Positions 37,815-53,043 are shown, numbered from the stretch's first letter. The stretch is 64,000 nt of DNA from Felis catus (GCF_018350175.1 NC_058382.1:49044001-49108000), one strand, 5' to 3'. Notes: generated from the letters alone by a model not told the origin. Translations and numbers: made by a program.

Positions 37815-38330
37815 ATCTCGTCTATATCCATTTATCAATCAATGGACACTTGGGCTACTTCTATAATTTGGCTATTGTAAATAATGCTGCATTAAACACA
37901 GGGGTGCAGTTATCCCTTTGAATTAGTGTTTTTGTAACTTTGGGGTAAATATCCAGTAGTGCCATTACTAGATCATAGGGCAGATCTATTTTTAACTTTT
38001 TGAGAAACTGCCATACTATCTTCCACAGTGGCTGCACCAGTTTGTATTCTCACCAACAGTACAAGAGGGCTCCTTTTTTGTCTACATCCATTGCCAATAC
38101 CTGTTGTTTCTTGTGTTTTTTATTTTAGCCATTCTGACAGGTGTGAGAGGATATCTCATTGTAGTTTTGATTTGCATTTCCCTGATGATGATGTCGAGCA
38201 TCTTCTCATGTGTCTGCTGGCCATGTGTACATCTTCCTTGGAGAAATGTCTGTTCATGTCTTCTGCCCATTTTTAAAATGGATTATTTGTCCTTTGGGTG
38301 TTGAGATGTAGAAGTTCTTAATATATTCTA
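37370..38330 (-). mobile_element. Carnivore L1 3' end with internal (CA)n (37757-37812)
   Basis: L1 3'UTR plus an ORF2 remnant [24 protein letters not shown]. Confidence 0.92.
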
Positions 38331-38714
38331 AAACTGATTCATGGTGATGGTTACATTATTCAGTAAAGTTACTAAAAATCACTGTAAACTTGAAATGAGT
38401 GGCTATGTTAAATATCCTTCAATAAAGCTGTTTAGAAAAAAAGGCAAGGTTGAGTACTGCATCTTGCACACCATGATATGGATACTATTTCTAGTGTAAG
38501 AAAATGTGTGGTGAGATTTATAATAAAGAAAATTTATAGGCTCCCACACCAAGCAAGCTGGAAACCCCTCCCACAGATACCTAAGCATGTATTCTAATTT
38601 TTTTAAAAGAGAGAGAAATGTTTTCTTTATTAAAGTTCATGGCAGTCCTCAAAGGTCAGAAAGTAAAATCTGGTACACATACACAGAAAGCAAAGGTATT
38701 AGGTTATAAATAGA

Positions 38715-39071
38715 TGGTATTTAATTTTCAAAGGCTCAAAATGGAGTCACTTGTGCTAACTCAAGACTTCATACCTAACCTAATTGACAGTTTCAGTCTC
38801 TCTCAGGAATGTAATCTTAAACCACTCAAACTGGAATTTCCTAGTCAGCACTAGTGAGGTCTTCTGCCTGAAAGATCCCTTGTGGTCCCCAAAGAAAGAT
38901 ATGAGGTACTTTGGTCCGTTCTTGTCCTTGCCCCGTTCTGCCTACACAAGTCTCCCATTTTGTACAGCTCAGAGCTCCTTTCTATTTGCTACATGTGGTG
39001 CTATGAGATTCATCACCGAGTAAAGCTAATTTGACCTTTAAATTTACTCAGTTGTATTTTATTTTTTAACA
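38715..39071 (+). mobile_element. Old ERV1-type solo LTR
   Basis: aaaatggagtcacttgtgctaa near the start, ctcctttctatttgct... U3/R-like motifs, ends ...ttttttaaca. Confidence 0.6.
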
Positions 39072-39881
39072 GTAACCAATTCCCAGTCAGGTATATTTGA
39101 AAATATAGAGAAATTTTGTTTATCACACTGACTTGGGGGTAACACTGGCATTTAGAGGGCAATGTTTAAACTACAATTTACTCTTTTTAAAAATAATAAA
39201 TCAGGGGCAGCCTGGGTGGCTCAGTTGGTTAAGTATGCGACTTAAGCTCAGGTCATGGTCTCATGGTCCGTGAGTTCAAGCCCCACATCAGGCTCAGGGC
39301 TGACAACTCAGAGCCTGGAGCCTGCTTCAGATTCTGTGTGTTTGTGTGTCTCTCTCTCCTTCTCCCCCACTCGTGCCTTTGTCTCTCTCTCTCACAAGTG
39401 AATAAACAAATTAAAAAAATAAAAAATAAGTAAATCAGGAATATATACTGTATTCACTTACACTTAATAAAAGCTGCCTTGATGTTATTAGGTCAAACAG
39501 TTCTAAGCAGGCATTTATCTTTTGATAAAAATACAAAAACTATAAAAGGGGCTTAGTATGCAAATGTCCTTCAATGCACAGGACAGTCCTGCACAATGAG
39601 GAATGGTCCCTCCTAAACACCAAAAGCATTCTTCCTGAAAAAACACCAATTTGAACCATGTTCCTATTAGCATCTGAAAAGGTAAAGTACCTGTAGGTTC
39701 TTATTCTATAATATTTAAATATAAGGCATCAACATTACCAACAAAATACTCCAGATTAGGGGGGCCTAAATGGCTCAGTCTGTTGAGCATTCAACTCTTG
39801 AATTTGGCTCAGATTATGATCCTGGGGTCGTGGTATGGAGCTATGTTTCAGGCTCTGTGCTGAGAGTGGAGCCTGCTCAAG

Positions 39882-39885
<4 letters not shown>

Positions 39886-39937
<52 letters not shown>

Positions 39938-40036
39938 CCTTCTCCCCCTGCTGCACTCTTGCTCTCTCTCTCTCTCTCTAAAATAAAATTTTAAATACGT
40001 GTGTGTGTGTGTGTGTGTGTGTGTTCGTGTGTGTGT
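39886..40036. repeat. (CT)n and (GT)n microsatellites in and after a SINE tail
   Basis: Visible directly. Confidence 0.9.
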
Positions 40037-41213
40037 ATTCTACTATATGCAAATCAAAAATATAATTTCCCCAAATTTTGTTTGAAAGATCACACATGAC
40101 TACCAGATATTCAAATTTTAGAAACAACATCAAGTATTTAAAGAGATATTTAATTTTTCAGTTATTTGTCACTTAGTTGGAACCAGGCTTATTAATTCCC
40201 TCTCAGCTTTAAGCAGCTTCTTTGACAGACCAAGCAATAACATTTGTAAGCACTTCTCTGTACTGCTGAAATGTAGTATTTTTCTTTGAGCCTTTATTTA
40301 AAAAAAAAATTTTTTTTAACGTTTTATTTATTTTTGAGACAGGGAGAGACAGAGCATGAACAGGGGAGGGTCAGAGAGAGGGAGACACAGAATCTGAAAC
40401 AGGCTCCAGGCTCTGAGCTGTCAGCACAGAGCCCGACGCGGGGCTCGAACTCACGGACCGCAAGATCATGACCTGAGCCGAAGTCGCCGCTTAACAGACT
40501 GAGCCACCCAGGCGCCCCACTATGAGCCTTTAAAAAGTGTAGGGACACCTGGGTGGCTCAGTAAGTTAAATGTCCCACTCTTGATTTCCGCTTAGATAAT
40601 GATCTCAACTTTCGAGAGATGGAGCCCCACGTCAGGCTCCATGATGACAGCGTAGAGCCTGCTAGGGATTTTCTCTCCTCTCTCTCTGCTCATGCTCTCT
40701 CTGTGTCTCAAAATAAATAAATAAAAACATTAAAAAATATTAGAAGGTGTCATTTCATCAGCTGCCTGAGAATATAAGCATAGTATATCTCTCTAGTAAA
40801 GCATTAAACTGTATTATTGAAATGCTTCTATGTTCTTGGAGGGTGAAATTTTGTCTATTCCACTTTTTTAGCTAGCACACAGTAGGTGCTTATAACTGTT
40901 TTAAGAATAAATAAACAAGGGTATTGAAAACTAGTAAACTATATGATAAAGAAAACTTATCTGCATGTCTTTATTTTCAGGAGAATCAACTAATTTTATA
41001 CTGGAAAGCCTTAACAGTAATTTTATAAAATTAAGAAACATTTGGGGGCACCTGGGGGGCTCAGCCAGTTGGGCGTCTGACTTCGGCTCAGGTCATGATC
41101 TCACGGTTCATGAGTTCGAACCCCGTGTCAGGTTCTGTGCTGACAGCTGGGAGCCTGGAGCCTGCTTTCGCTTCTGTGTCTCCCTCTCTCTCTGTCCCTC
41201 CCCTGCTCATGAG

Positions 41214-41259
<46 letters not shown>

Positions 41260-44200
41260 AATAAACATAAAAAAAAAAAAGAAACATTTGGATGAAGGTC
41301 ACAATGAACTAAATGACAGCTCTAGCACAAAACAAAGAACAGGGAGAGGACACTTATTTGGAAAATACAATATACCTATTCGAAGGAAGGACAAAATACA
41401 CAGAAGTGAGAGGACAGCAATTGGTCCCTTCTGTCTGTCATGTTCTAAACTCTTTCCATCACATAGAATTACAAATTTCAGCCCATCTTCCAACACTTCT
41501 GCCCACACCTAGGACCAATACTTGCAAATAACTTTCCTTTGGATATTTGATCAGGGAAGGAGGTGGATAGGAGAGGAAGAGATTATTATTCAGAGAAGAC
41601 AGAGGTGGAGTACTAGAACCACAAGGGTACTAAATCTATTGTATTAATTGTGTTCTAAAAAGAATATACTTCCCTTTCTTGCAAGTCATTCAAAAGCTTT
41701 TTTTCTGAAGATGGGTGAGAGATTCCATGAAATTTTGAGTATGTGTTTTTATAATGTGGCCAAACGTTAAAGCTGGTGGGAAAAAGAGCTGCAAGACTCA
41801 ACTGGTAGTATATACCATAATGTCCTGGAATCTTAATATATCTTGGCCAATATGCTGACTTAAAAAGATAAGCACATGGGGAGCAGCGGCTTTGCTTCAT
41901 GCCAGGCAATGTCTCCACAGGGTGTGGGTTTCCTAGTGGAATAGCAGTCATACCATATGGTGCTACTTTTATTGGCATGGGCAGGACAGAAGCTGCCAAA
42001 AATTCAATGCGCTATTTTGGGCCATGAAACGTGATAAATCCCAAATTTAAAACATTAAGAATTTTTAAACTAAAAAATATCTTTTTTTAAAGATTTCAAA
42101 TATTGGACTTTTGTAATCAAGGCTCAACAGGGTAACAGCTCTCAGTCTTTGAAATAGGACAAATATGCACACAAAAGTCAAGAGTTGGGAATACTTGGCA
42201 GCTCTTCTCTGAAAATAATGTTTTAAGGATTGAAGTGAAAACTCCATGGTTATACCACAAATATAAAGGTGCAATGTATAAAACAGCTTTTGAAATACTA
42301 CATTGTGAAAACATCAAACGAAGGCAGTATATATGAGAAGGTCAAAGATGGTTCATCCATAGGATGGATTCTATATTTCTCTCTAGCCACTTCAAGTTTT
42401 AGCACAGTAAGATAACTCCAAGTACTCAAATAAGCTGATCTAATGTTTGAAGTCAGAGCAAGCCTGGAAATATTCATGTTGAATCCAACAAACTACTTAT
42501 AAGTGCTTGTACTTAACCCTTACAAGTGCAGTCCTAGATTGGAGTAAGTAGGTCCAGGATTCTAAAAACAACTTTAAATGCTATATTAAGGCTGGTAATA
42601 TTAATTTCAGAAAAGCAATTTTTGAGCTTCCACACTTGTGTCAATGCTAGCCTTTTCCCCAAGCCTGCTCCTTTTTCCTGAATTAGGTTAATTATAAGCA
42701 ATAAAAATAGCTTTTAGTTTGCCCTGAAATAAAATGGGTTTTATGAAGTGCTTTACATAAGACAAGAAAATCTGAAGATTAAGGACTTGGTTGAATCTAA
42801 AATTACAAGTGAGGGGTGCCCGAGTGGCTCAGTGGGTTAAGCGTCTGACTTCAGCTTAGGTCATGATCTCACCGCTCTTGGGATTCTAGCCCTGCATTGG
42901 GCTCCGTGCTGACAGCTCAGAGCCTGGGGCCTGCTTCAGATTCCGTGACTCCCTCTCTCTGCCCCTCCCCCCACTAGTGTTGCGTCTCTCTCGCTCTCAA
43001 AACTAAACATTAAAAAATAAAACAAATAATATTACAAGTGAAAACTCCATTTTCCTGCCCACCCAATACGTTGCACAAATTATCTACAGTAAAGCGAACT
43101 GTAAATGCAAATAACTTTCACCTAAAGAAGGCTGTGGTTCAGCCATCCCCAATATGTAGAAACAGTCGTACAAGCTACTGAGGTTCTCAAAGTGCAGCAA
43201 TATCAGCATCTGCAAATTCTTAAGACCCCTACCCGTAGATCTACTAAATCTGTGTTGTAACTTCAAGGCTGCAGATGACTCAATGCATGCTTTAGTTTAA
43301 AAACCAATGAAGGCTTGGGCTTTTGATATAAGAAAAATAAAATATGCCAAATACAGATCATTGTTGCTGAAAAGCAATTTAACAACTTTGTTTTTTTCTG
43401 CTACATTTGCTGTTATAATTTCCTAAGAACATCAATGCCTAGAAGTCATATATTAATCAGAAGCTGATGACAGGAAGAAATAAGAAATGCCTTTGAGTGC
43501 AGTTTCGTTTTTAAGATTTTATTTTTAAGTAATCTCTACACCCAATGTGGGACTCAAACTCACAATCCTGAGATCAAGAGCCGCACGCTCAACCTACAGA
43601 GCCAGCCAGGCACCCCCCAACTTTTTTTAATAAAAGAAAATATCAACTTTAAAGTGCAGTTGGTTCTATTCCTGAATCATTATTACGCTATATGTTAACT
43701 AACTTGGATTTAAATAAAATTGAAAAATTGAAAAAAACTAAAGTGCAGTTGGTTTTGTGTGCAAGTATGCGTGTTGGGAGACAGGGGGCTTGCCTTTAAG
43801 TGTTATGCCAAAGGCTAAAACGATGTTATATGGCTGGTTTCAAATGCACCAGGTGAACTATGCACCAGAATGAGGAAGAATTCTTGAAAGAGGAGGGGAA
43901 TTCCAACAGATGAGAAGGAAGAGAGATTTCAGGCTGAGGGGACAACGTTCATTCACTCCTTCATTTCCTCTGGTAGAGAGGCTAGAGATGCGCTAGAGAC
44001 GAGTGCCGCCTGAGACAGTCATGGACACTCCCTCAGGGAGCTTAAATTCTGAGAGTACTTTAGTAAAGAAAAAAGGGGCAGACGAAAATTACAGCAAATT
44101 TTGTTGTGCAAGAACAAATCAGTGAATAAAGAATAACAGTGGGAATTTATTTTAGGTGAAGAGGGCAAGAAAGGCTTCTCTGTAGATGTCATTTCAGCTG

Positions 44201-44974
44201 AGCTCTGAAGGGAAAGGATACAGCTGTGAAAAAGTGGGTAGGAGAGGTGGGGAGGCACTAAGAGCAGCCTAGGCAGAAGGAACATCATATAATAAAGAGT
44301 CTGGCATGTTTTAGCAGCTAAAGAAGGCAGTGTGGACAGAGCACAGAGAGAAGTGAAGCGGCAGAAAATGTATTCAAAAAGAAAGTGAGTGGGCTGCCTG
44401 GGTGGCTCAGCCAGTTAAGCGTCTGACTCTTGATTTTTAGCTCAGGCCATGATCTCACGGTTGTGGGACTGAGCCTCATATTGGGCACAGCAAGGAGCCT
44501 GCTTGGGATTCTCTCTCTCCTTCTCTCTCTCTCTCTCTTTCTGCCCCTCCCCTGCTGATGATGCATGTGCGCTCTCTCTCACAATAAATCAACTTTAAAA
44601 GTAAGAGTTTAGATTTTATTAGAAATGCAATGAGAAAATGTTAAAGGATTTCAAAACAAGTTTTTAATGTTTATTTATTCTTGAGAGAGAGAGACAGAGG
44701 GAGACAGAGACGGTGTTAGTGGTAGGGAGGGTCAGACAGAGAGACACAGAATCAAGCAGGTTCCAGGCTCTGAGCTGTCAGCACAGAGCCCAACACGGGG
44801 CTCAAACTCACAAACCATGAAATCATGGCTTAAACCAAAGTCGGACGCTCAAGCGACTGAGCCACCCAGGCACCCCAGTGTTAAAGGTTCAATCAGGGGA
44901 TAGACAAGATGAAATTACTTCTGTAAAAGAAATTGTTTATTCATCACTTTTCAATAAAATTCTTTTAAAAAATA

Positions 44975-47900
44975 AATTGTGAGGCATACTTTACGTTAAT
45001 AAAATTCACATATTTTAAGTGTACAGGCTGATGACTTTTGACAAATGTATCTGCATAATCACCACCACAATGAAGATACAAAACATCTCCCTAAGTTCAC
45101 TCCTGCCCCTCTACTATCTCTTCTGTCCCCACCCCGGCCTTAGGCAACTAATGGTCTCTGCTCTATCACAGTAGATAACATCTGCCTATTCAAAATTTCC
45201 TATGAATGGAAACACTTCCAAGTCTATCCACTTTTAATCGCAAAATGCCTGTGAGAGTCATTCCTGCCATTGTGTATATCAGTAATTTATTCCCTTTTTG
45301 CTGCTAAGTGGTACTCTGTTGCATAAGTACACCATAATTTGCTTATCCATTCACCCACAATTGGGTTGTTCCCAGTTTGGGCTCTTAATGAATAAACCTT
45401 TTCTGAACATTCACATGAAGATCTTTATATGTGAGTATATTTTCATTTCTTTTTTTTCTTAATATGTATTTTTGACAGGGAGAGAGAGTTGGAGCTGGGG
45501 AGCGGCAGAGAGAGAGAAAGAGAGATATCGAGGATCAGAAGCGGGCTCTGCAAAGAGTCCGATGTGGGGCTTGAACTCATAAACCGTGAGATCATGATCT
45601 GAGCCAAAGTCCGAAGCTTAACAGACTGAGCGACCCAAGCACCCCTCTTTTTTTTTTTTATTACTTGTGAGAGACAGAGAGAGAGAGAGACAGAGAGACA
45701 GAGAGCGAGTGCTCTCACATGTGCAAGGAACAGAGAAAGGAAGAGAGAGAATCCTAAGCAGGCTCCCCACTATCAGTGCAGAGCCAAGATTGAGGCTCCA
45801 TCTCACAAACCAAGAGATCAGGACCTGGGCTGAAATCTAGAGTTGGAGGCTTAACCAACTGAGCAACCCAGGTGCCCTACTATGTTTTCATTTCTATTGG
45901 ATAAATATCTAAGGGCAGAGTTTCTGGGTCACATGTTAAGTGTATGTTGAAAGAGGAAAATTTCAACAGTTTTCAAAAGTGGTTATATCAACTCAGACCC
46001 CATCACCACCAGCAATGTATGAGAGCTCTAGCTGCTCTACCTCCTTGACAACACTTGCTTGTGTTTTTAATTTTAGCTCTTCTAGTAGATGTTAAGTGGT
46101 ATCTCATGGCTTAATATGAATGTCCTTGATGACTAATGATATACAGAATTTATGCATGTGATAAACGTCCATTTTAATATTTTTTTGGAAAGCACTGTTC
46201 AAATCTTTTTCCTTTGGTTTTTTAAATGTTTTTATTTATTTTTGAAAGAGAGAGCGAGCAGGGAAGGAGCAGAGAGAGAGAGGACCCGAAGCGGGTTCCA
46301 TGCTGAAAGCAGAGATCCCCATGTGGGGTTTGAACTCACCAACCGTGAGATCATGACCTGAGCTGAAGTTGGATGGTTAACCAATTGAGCCACCCAGGAG
46401 CCCCTTTCCTATTTTTAAAATGGAGTTATTATTTTTTAAAGACTTCTTGATTTATTCTAGATACAAATATCTTCTAATCTGTGGCTTACCATTTCATTTT
46501 CTTGATGGTTATATTTATATATTTATGTATGTAGGTATGTATGTATTTAGATTTTATTTTTTGTAATCTCTACAGTCAATGTGTGGCTCAAACTTACACC
46601 CCCAAGACCAAGAGTCACATGTTCCACCGATTGAGCCATTCAGGTGACCCTGATGGTGACTTTAAAAGAGCAGAAATTTTAATGTTTATAAAAATCACAT
46701 TTAGAGGCACCTGGGTGGCTCAGTCGGTTAAGCATCCGACTTCGGCTCAGGTCATGATCTCATGGTCCGTGAGTTCGAGCCCCGCGTCGGGCTCTGTGCT
46801 GACAGCTCAGAGCCTGGAGCCTGTTTCAGATTCTGTGTCTCCCTCTCTCTCTGACCCTCCCCCGTTCATGCTCTGTCTCTCTCTGTCTCAAAAATAAATA
46901 AACATTAAAAAAAAATTTTTTTTTAAATCAAATTTACCCATCGTTTTCTTTTTATGGTTAGTACCTCTGTGTCTTAAAAATTCTTTGTCTATTCCAAGTT
47001 GATGAAGAATATTCTGTATTTTCTTCTAGAATTCTTACTAGTTTCGGTTTTAGTTTAGGTCTATGATCCATTTCAATTTGAATTCTGTGAAGGTGTGAGG
47101 TAGGGTTGAAATTAATTTTTTCTCATATAACAGACTCTTCAACAAATTGTGCTAGCACAACCACCTTTTCCTTCTGATTGGCACCTCTGTCGAAAATTAT
47201 TTGACCACACATATGTGTAGAGGCCACTTTTAGGCAAAAGACCTGAGCAATGGAAACCTGACCAAGGGAAAAGGAGCCACTGTTAACCCCCTGGCTCAAT
47301 ACAAACAGGCCTGTCAGGCAACCCACCTCACAATATCCGTAAACTCTAACCGATGGGCTACTTACAACAAGGCACAGGTATCAAAATGGAAAATTCTACA
47401 TGTTCCCATACCTCCTTCACTTTCCCCCCTTAAACACACCCTCCTACCATTGCTGTGTTGCAGAAAATCTCTGCTTTGCCGTCCTGCCCACCCACTCCCT
47501 TAAAGTATATTCCATAAACTTTTATCTCCTTTGCTCTACCTCAAGTGAATTCTTTCACTGCCAGTGCTTCCGGCTTCCACCCAATTGGGTCACCCCCACA
47601 TTTGGGGGCCCCCATCCAACTGGAATAAACACCACAAATGTAGAGCCCTACTTATGGACTTTCTATTCTGAACCATTCATCTTAAAGGGATAGACAGTAT
47701 TTTAGGCTTGGGGGCCATATATAGTCTCTCTTATACTCAACGTGGAAACTATTCAAAAGCATCTTTAAGGAAACAGGTTTGCCTTGTTCCAATATAACTT
47801 TCTTTACAAAACACACGGCCATTTCACAGGCCTCTGATTTATAAGTTTATCTTTCTGATAATACCAAACTGTTCTGATTACTTTATAGTAAGCCTTTATA

Positions 47901-48180
47901 AACTGTCTTGAAATACAAATAATGCAAAGTATCCAATTTTATTTTCAGTTGTCGACGCTATTTCTAGTTCACTTGCATTTCCATATGAATTTTAGACTCA
48001 GCTTGTCAGTTTCTACTTCCTACCTTCCCATCCCTCCCCTCCCCTGCAAAAGCCTGCTGGGATTTTGATTGGGATTGCATTCAATTGAATCTGCAAGTGT
48101 TCCAAATCCAGGAAGATTATCTCTATTTATTTAGATCTTTACTTTCTTTCACCAGACTTATTCTTAATGTACTGTTTTTT
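44975..48180 (-). mobile_element. Old degraded L1 (L1M) interrupted by several SINEs, an LTR and a MER58-like fragment
   Basis: L1 3' and ORF2 antisense motifs (aaaattcacatattttaagtgtaca; ttaggtctatgatccatttc; gattttgattgggattgcatt). Confidence 0.75.
47216..47636 (+). mobile_element. Solo LTR (ERV1-like) inserted in the old L1
   Basis: TG...CA termini; near-TSD tatg/aatg; L1 sequence rejoins across it; gtgaattctttc U5-like motif. Confidence 0.65.
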
Positions 48181-48236
48181 AATGCAAATTTTAATACCTA
48201 CTAAGCACACGTAAAAGCAAAGCAAAACTTACTTTT

Positions 48237-48933
48237 TGTGACAACTCTCAGATTCCTACACTAACTGGGTGTCAAAAAACTTAATTCTATACTACCCCAA
48301 ATTAGCACAGACCCCAAAGATTGAAGGGTCAGTCCCACAAGACTGCCCACACTTCAGACACCAGTCAGAGGTCCCAAGTCCAAAGACACTTACACCTCTT
48401 TCCAACTTGGCTACAAATTTGAGGGTGCTAACACTCCCTCCTCAGTTTTGATAATTCTCTAGACTGACTCACAAAACTCAGGAAAACATTTTATTTACAT
48501 TTACCACTTCATTATAAAGGATACAACTGAGAAATAACCAAATGGAAGAGATGCTTAGGACAAAGTGGGAGGAGGAGTCACAGGGCTTCCAAGCACCTTC
48601 CCAACGCCTTGATATGTTCATCAACCCAGAAGCTCCGAAGGTCTTCTAGTTCAAGAGCTTTTATGAAGCTCAACCTCTAGCCAATTGCCCACACCATCTT
48701 CTTAGGAGTTGGTAGGTGGGACTGAAAAATTCCAATCCTCTAATCACTTGGTCTTTCAAATGACCAGCCCCATCTAGGGGCCTCACCCCATACATTTAAA
48801 CTCAGGTGTAATGGAAAGAGGCTTGTTATGAATAACAAAAGAATTCCTATCATTCAGGAAATTCCATGGCTTTTAGGAGCTCTGAGCCTGGAACTGGGGA
48901 CAGTCAGACCAAATATACTTTTTATCATATCAC
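48237..48933. mobile_element. MER21-like LTR
   Basis: tagcacagacccca...agtcccacaagactgccc..acttcagacacca and caggaaattcca.ggcttttaggagctctg motifs. Confidence 0.7.
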
Positions 48934-49906
48934 TCAACTCTTTAAAAATGAGGGAAACTTGTTTCCTTGTAAATATGCCACAAATATACCAGTGTCAAAG
49001 TAGTGTGTATGAGTTGGATCACTCAGTCTGCTACTGCAACTGCCTTTTTAAAATCAAAATTAGGGGCACCTGGGTGGCTCAGTCGGTTGAGCATCCGACA
49101 TTGGCTCAGGTCACGATCTTGCGGTTCGTGAGTTTGGGCCCCGCATCAGGCTCTGTGCTGACAGCTCAGAGCCTGGAGCCTGCTTCTGCGTCTCCCTTTC
49201 TCTGCCCCAACCTACTCGCATTCTGTCTCTGTCTCTCTCAAAAATAAACATTAAAAAAAATTTTTTTTAAATCAAAATTAGCTTGGGTCATTTCAAGCAC
49301 AATAAGGACCCAGAGCAACAGAAGTGGTTTCAAAGGAGTTATCTTTACAGTGTTTCAGCAGCCACACCTCAGCCATATCCTCAGGAGAATGTGGGTTACG
49401 ATTCAGGGAGAATTCCCCATTCTCCCAGATAACTCACTAAATCCAGCTTTTACTTCCTCTTCTAGGAGAGAGAAATTCTCCCTGGTAACTTGTATTTCAG
49501 TTCATGGCTGAATCACAAAACCCTGCTTCATCTTTCTTCAAGATTTGACTATTCAGATTCTAACTTAACAGTATTAGTTAAATAAATGACAACTTTATTG
49601 AATATTCTTTAAAATAGGTATAGACCCCACAGAAGCTTCAATTCCAGTTCTTACACTTTGCCATTATTTTGGTCTTCTTGTGGCTGATAAAAGCTGTTTT
49701 CACTGTATATCCAAATTCCACAATGGCACACAGTTCTTTTATAGAAGGAGCCATGTGGTAACAGCAGTGATGAGGGAGCATAGAGCAAGCTGAGGGCAAA
49801 GTACAGGCTAATAGCAAGCCCCCTCTCCCAAGGTAGAATATGTGTGATAATCCTCAGACATTCCTGGCTACCCAAGAACAAAGGAAAGAGGTTTAAGTGT
49901 TTGCCA

Positions 49907-50519
49907 TGATGATGTGGGAAACTAAGGCAAATGAAAAATTAAATTCCTTTACTGGCTACAGCCCAATGACAAGTCCTTGAAACAGGGTGACATCCTTCAA
50001 GAAGCTCAGCTGCCTGGATGATGACACTTTGCTAGGGGCAAAAGGGAATATGGGCTTAACATTATCCTGACCCCCTCCCCACCCCATTCCACAGGATCCT
50101 GTAAATCTACTTTAACATATAAAAATGCCTTTGGAAACTTCCTTTATCTCAACTCCCCCAAGGTATATGCTGGCAATCATACTCCAAGCTCATCGCCTCC
50201 TGATATACATCTGAAGGGTCTCATGACTGAGGTTTTGTTAACAGTAATAAATGGCATTTTCCTAACAGCAGCTAGCACCTCAAGGTCCTGGAAACACAGC
50301 TTCCAAAATTCCTTAGGGACTTACGCTGTTACTGAACCCCTCCCAACCTGAGAATATATAATCAGTTACCTGTCACAACCCCAGTGAAGCTCTTTTTGCC
50401 CATAGGTACTGTCCCTGTGCTTTAATAAAATCACCTTTTTGTACCAAAGACATCTTCAAGAATTCTTTCTTGGCCATCAGCTTCAAACTCCCGACAATCA
50501 CCCTAAAATCCCATCATCA
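49907..50519 (+). mobile_element. ERV1-type solo LTR (MER34/MER39-group-like)
   Basis: Inverted termini tgatg...catca; tatataa box at ~50355; AATAAA at ~50424; aagaattctttcttggcc U5 motif. No clear TSD. Confidence 0.7.
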
Positions 50520-50586
50520 GGATTCACATATACAAAGATACAAATTATCAATCTAGATTTATTATGAGATTAAAAATCCTCAATCA

Positions 50587-50806
50587 GGGGTGCCTGGGTG
50601 GCGCAGTCGGTTAAGCGTCCGACTTCAGCCAGGTCACGATCTCGCGGTCCGTGAGTTCGAGCCCCGCGTCGGGCTCTGGGCTGATGGCTCAGAGCCTGGA
50701 GCCTGTTTCCGATTCTGTGTCTCCCTCTCTCTCTGCCTCTCCCCCGTTCATGCTCTGTCTCTCTCTGTCCCAAAAATAAATAAACGTTGAAAAAAAAAAT
50801 TAAAAA
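50587..50806 (+). mobile_element. Young felid SINE (SINEC_Fc-type)
   Basis: Perfect TSD aaaaatcctcaatca. Confidence 0.95.
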
Positions 50807-52144
50807 AAAAATCCTCAATCAAAGCATATGCATCCAACATTCTTAACTGTGGCAACATGGCTGTAACCATGATAAACCTCAGTAGCATGTCTTTAGAAAC
50901 CAGGTGGTACAACACAAAATGGTCATCTACAGGAGATGCTTGGGAATTACTGTTTGCACAAAATCAGTCTTGAAAAAACATTTTTTTTGTTCAATTCCTC
51001 AGCATTACGTATTTAAATCCTACTTTTTTTCCAAAATGATTTAAGACAGGATTTCTTCAATAAATGGTTGGGACTCCTACATTTTTCTCAATAGACTGCT
51101 GCTAAATACGAGTTGGTCACTTAAAGTTAGATGGGACTTCATGAAACCATGATGAAAATGAACAGAAAAAGAACTGTTAGAGACGGAAACTTTGTAAAAT
51201 GCATGAATAAAATTATCTTTTGATGATGTATCTTATTAATATTCATTTCTTCAACTTGCAAATCCAATTACATCACTGTCACTTTAACTAGCTTTCTGCT
51301 CAACAGTGGACCTACTACTGATAGATACCCAAATAAAAATGAGATTCTAATATAAAAAAATGTAATTTCCTTCCATTTGTTTTATAAGATTTTGTGGTGA
51401 AATGTAAAACACCCACCAATAAAGATAGTTTTAATCAGTTATAGCTGTGCTTAGGAAATACCAACTAGATGGATTATTGTCACATACTGACCAAATGATG
51501 ACTGTTGTGGTTTTAAAAATACATTCCTAAGACACTTGGGTGGCTCAGTGGGTTAAGCGCCCGACTTCAGCTCAGGTCATGATCTTACCGGTCCGAGCTG
51601 GAGCCCACATCAGGGCTCTGTGCTGACAGCTCTGTGCTGACATCAGGGCTCTGGAGCATGCTTCAGATTCTGTGTCTCCCTCTCTCTGCCCCTCCCAAGC
51701 TGGCACTCTGTCTCTCAAAATAAATACATATTAAGAAAAAAATTTTTTTAAGAAAATAAAAATACGTTCACAAATTGCAACTTTTCCTTCTTTGAAACTG
51801 GATGGGGTCACCAGAACACCCAAATCACAATCTTGTCTTTCTCTACTGGCTTTGTTCCAGACTGACAAAACATAAAACAGGTCAAGTACTCAGTTGTCAA
51901 AGGATCCACTGTATAGAACACACGTTAAAAACGTAAACTCAGGGTTCTGGTCAGCAGACCTTTCCAGCAAAGCCTGCCTTTGAGTTGACTTGCAAGATTT
52001 TGCATTTCTTCCTTCACTGGTCAATAGCAAAGTTATTGAGAATGTCTTTTTATACTAGGAAATAATTATCCTAAAATGACGCTGAAAACCTCTCCCCTCC
52101 TTTATTATTTGTTTAATCAATACATGTTAAAGTAACAAGAAAAA

Positions 52145-52345
52145 AACCCTTAAAAACAGAGAAGTGAGGGTTGCTGGTGGGGTGTTGGGTAGTGGGATGG
52201 GCTACATGGGTGATGGGCATTAAGGAGGGCACTTGTTGGGATAAGCACGGGGTGTGATATGTAAGTGATGAATCACTAAATTCTACTCCTAAAATCATTA
52301 TAACACTATATTGTTAACTAACTTGGATTTAAATAAAATTGTAAA
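52145..52345 (+). mobile_element. Carnivore L1 3'UTR fragment
   Basis: gggtgatgggcattaaggagggcacttgttggga...gatgaatcactaaattctactcct...ttggatttaaataaaa. Confidence 0.85.
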
Positions 52346-53043
52346 ATTTAACTATTTTATTAAATTTAATTATAATTATTAAAAATTATAAAAATTTTAA
52401 AAACCCACAAAAGTGTACACTTAGCACAAGTTTCCTTTAAATCATCAACAAATGTGATCCCATTCTCCATATGATTTACAACTGTTTTTATGTTTCTCTA
52501 GAAAATAACCATGCATAACATCAACAACTGTTGATATGTGTTAATGTTTCTGTAATATCGTGCAGCAGAGGCAAACTTCTCACATACTGCAAAGGATGGC
52601 AGAAAACAAAGCCCATTGCTAGTTTCTCCTTCTATGGAAAGAACTAGGATCATTCCCAGGCTTTCTCTATTAATGCTAACTAAGAAACTTGGTTTGGAAT
52701 ATATAAACCTTTATTTGCATTTTGCTGTGGAATATCATATGGTTTCACGTAACAATAGATTAACTTTATTATGTTTTTCCTAAACATAAACAATTAGTAA
52801 ACAATTACTAAAATGTGTCCCCATTCCTGAATACAGGTGGACCAATGGCTCAGAAACAATTCGTCCAGGATTTAAACAATTTCTGGGGAGGGGCCCCTGG
52901 GTTGCTCAGTCAGTTAAGCATCAGACTTTGACTCAGGTCAAGATCTCATGGCTTGTGAGTTCAAGCCCCACTTCGTTCGGGCTTTGTGTTGACAGCTCAG
53001 AGCCTGAAGCCTGCTTTGGATTCTGTGTCTCCCTCTCTCTCTA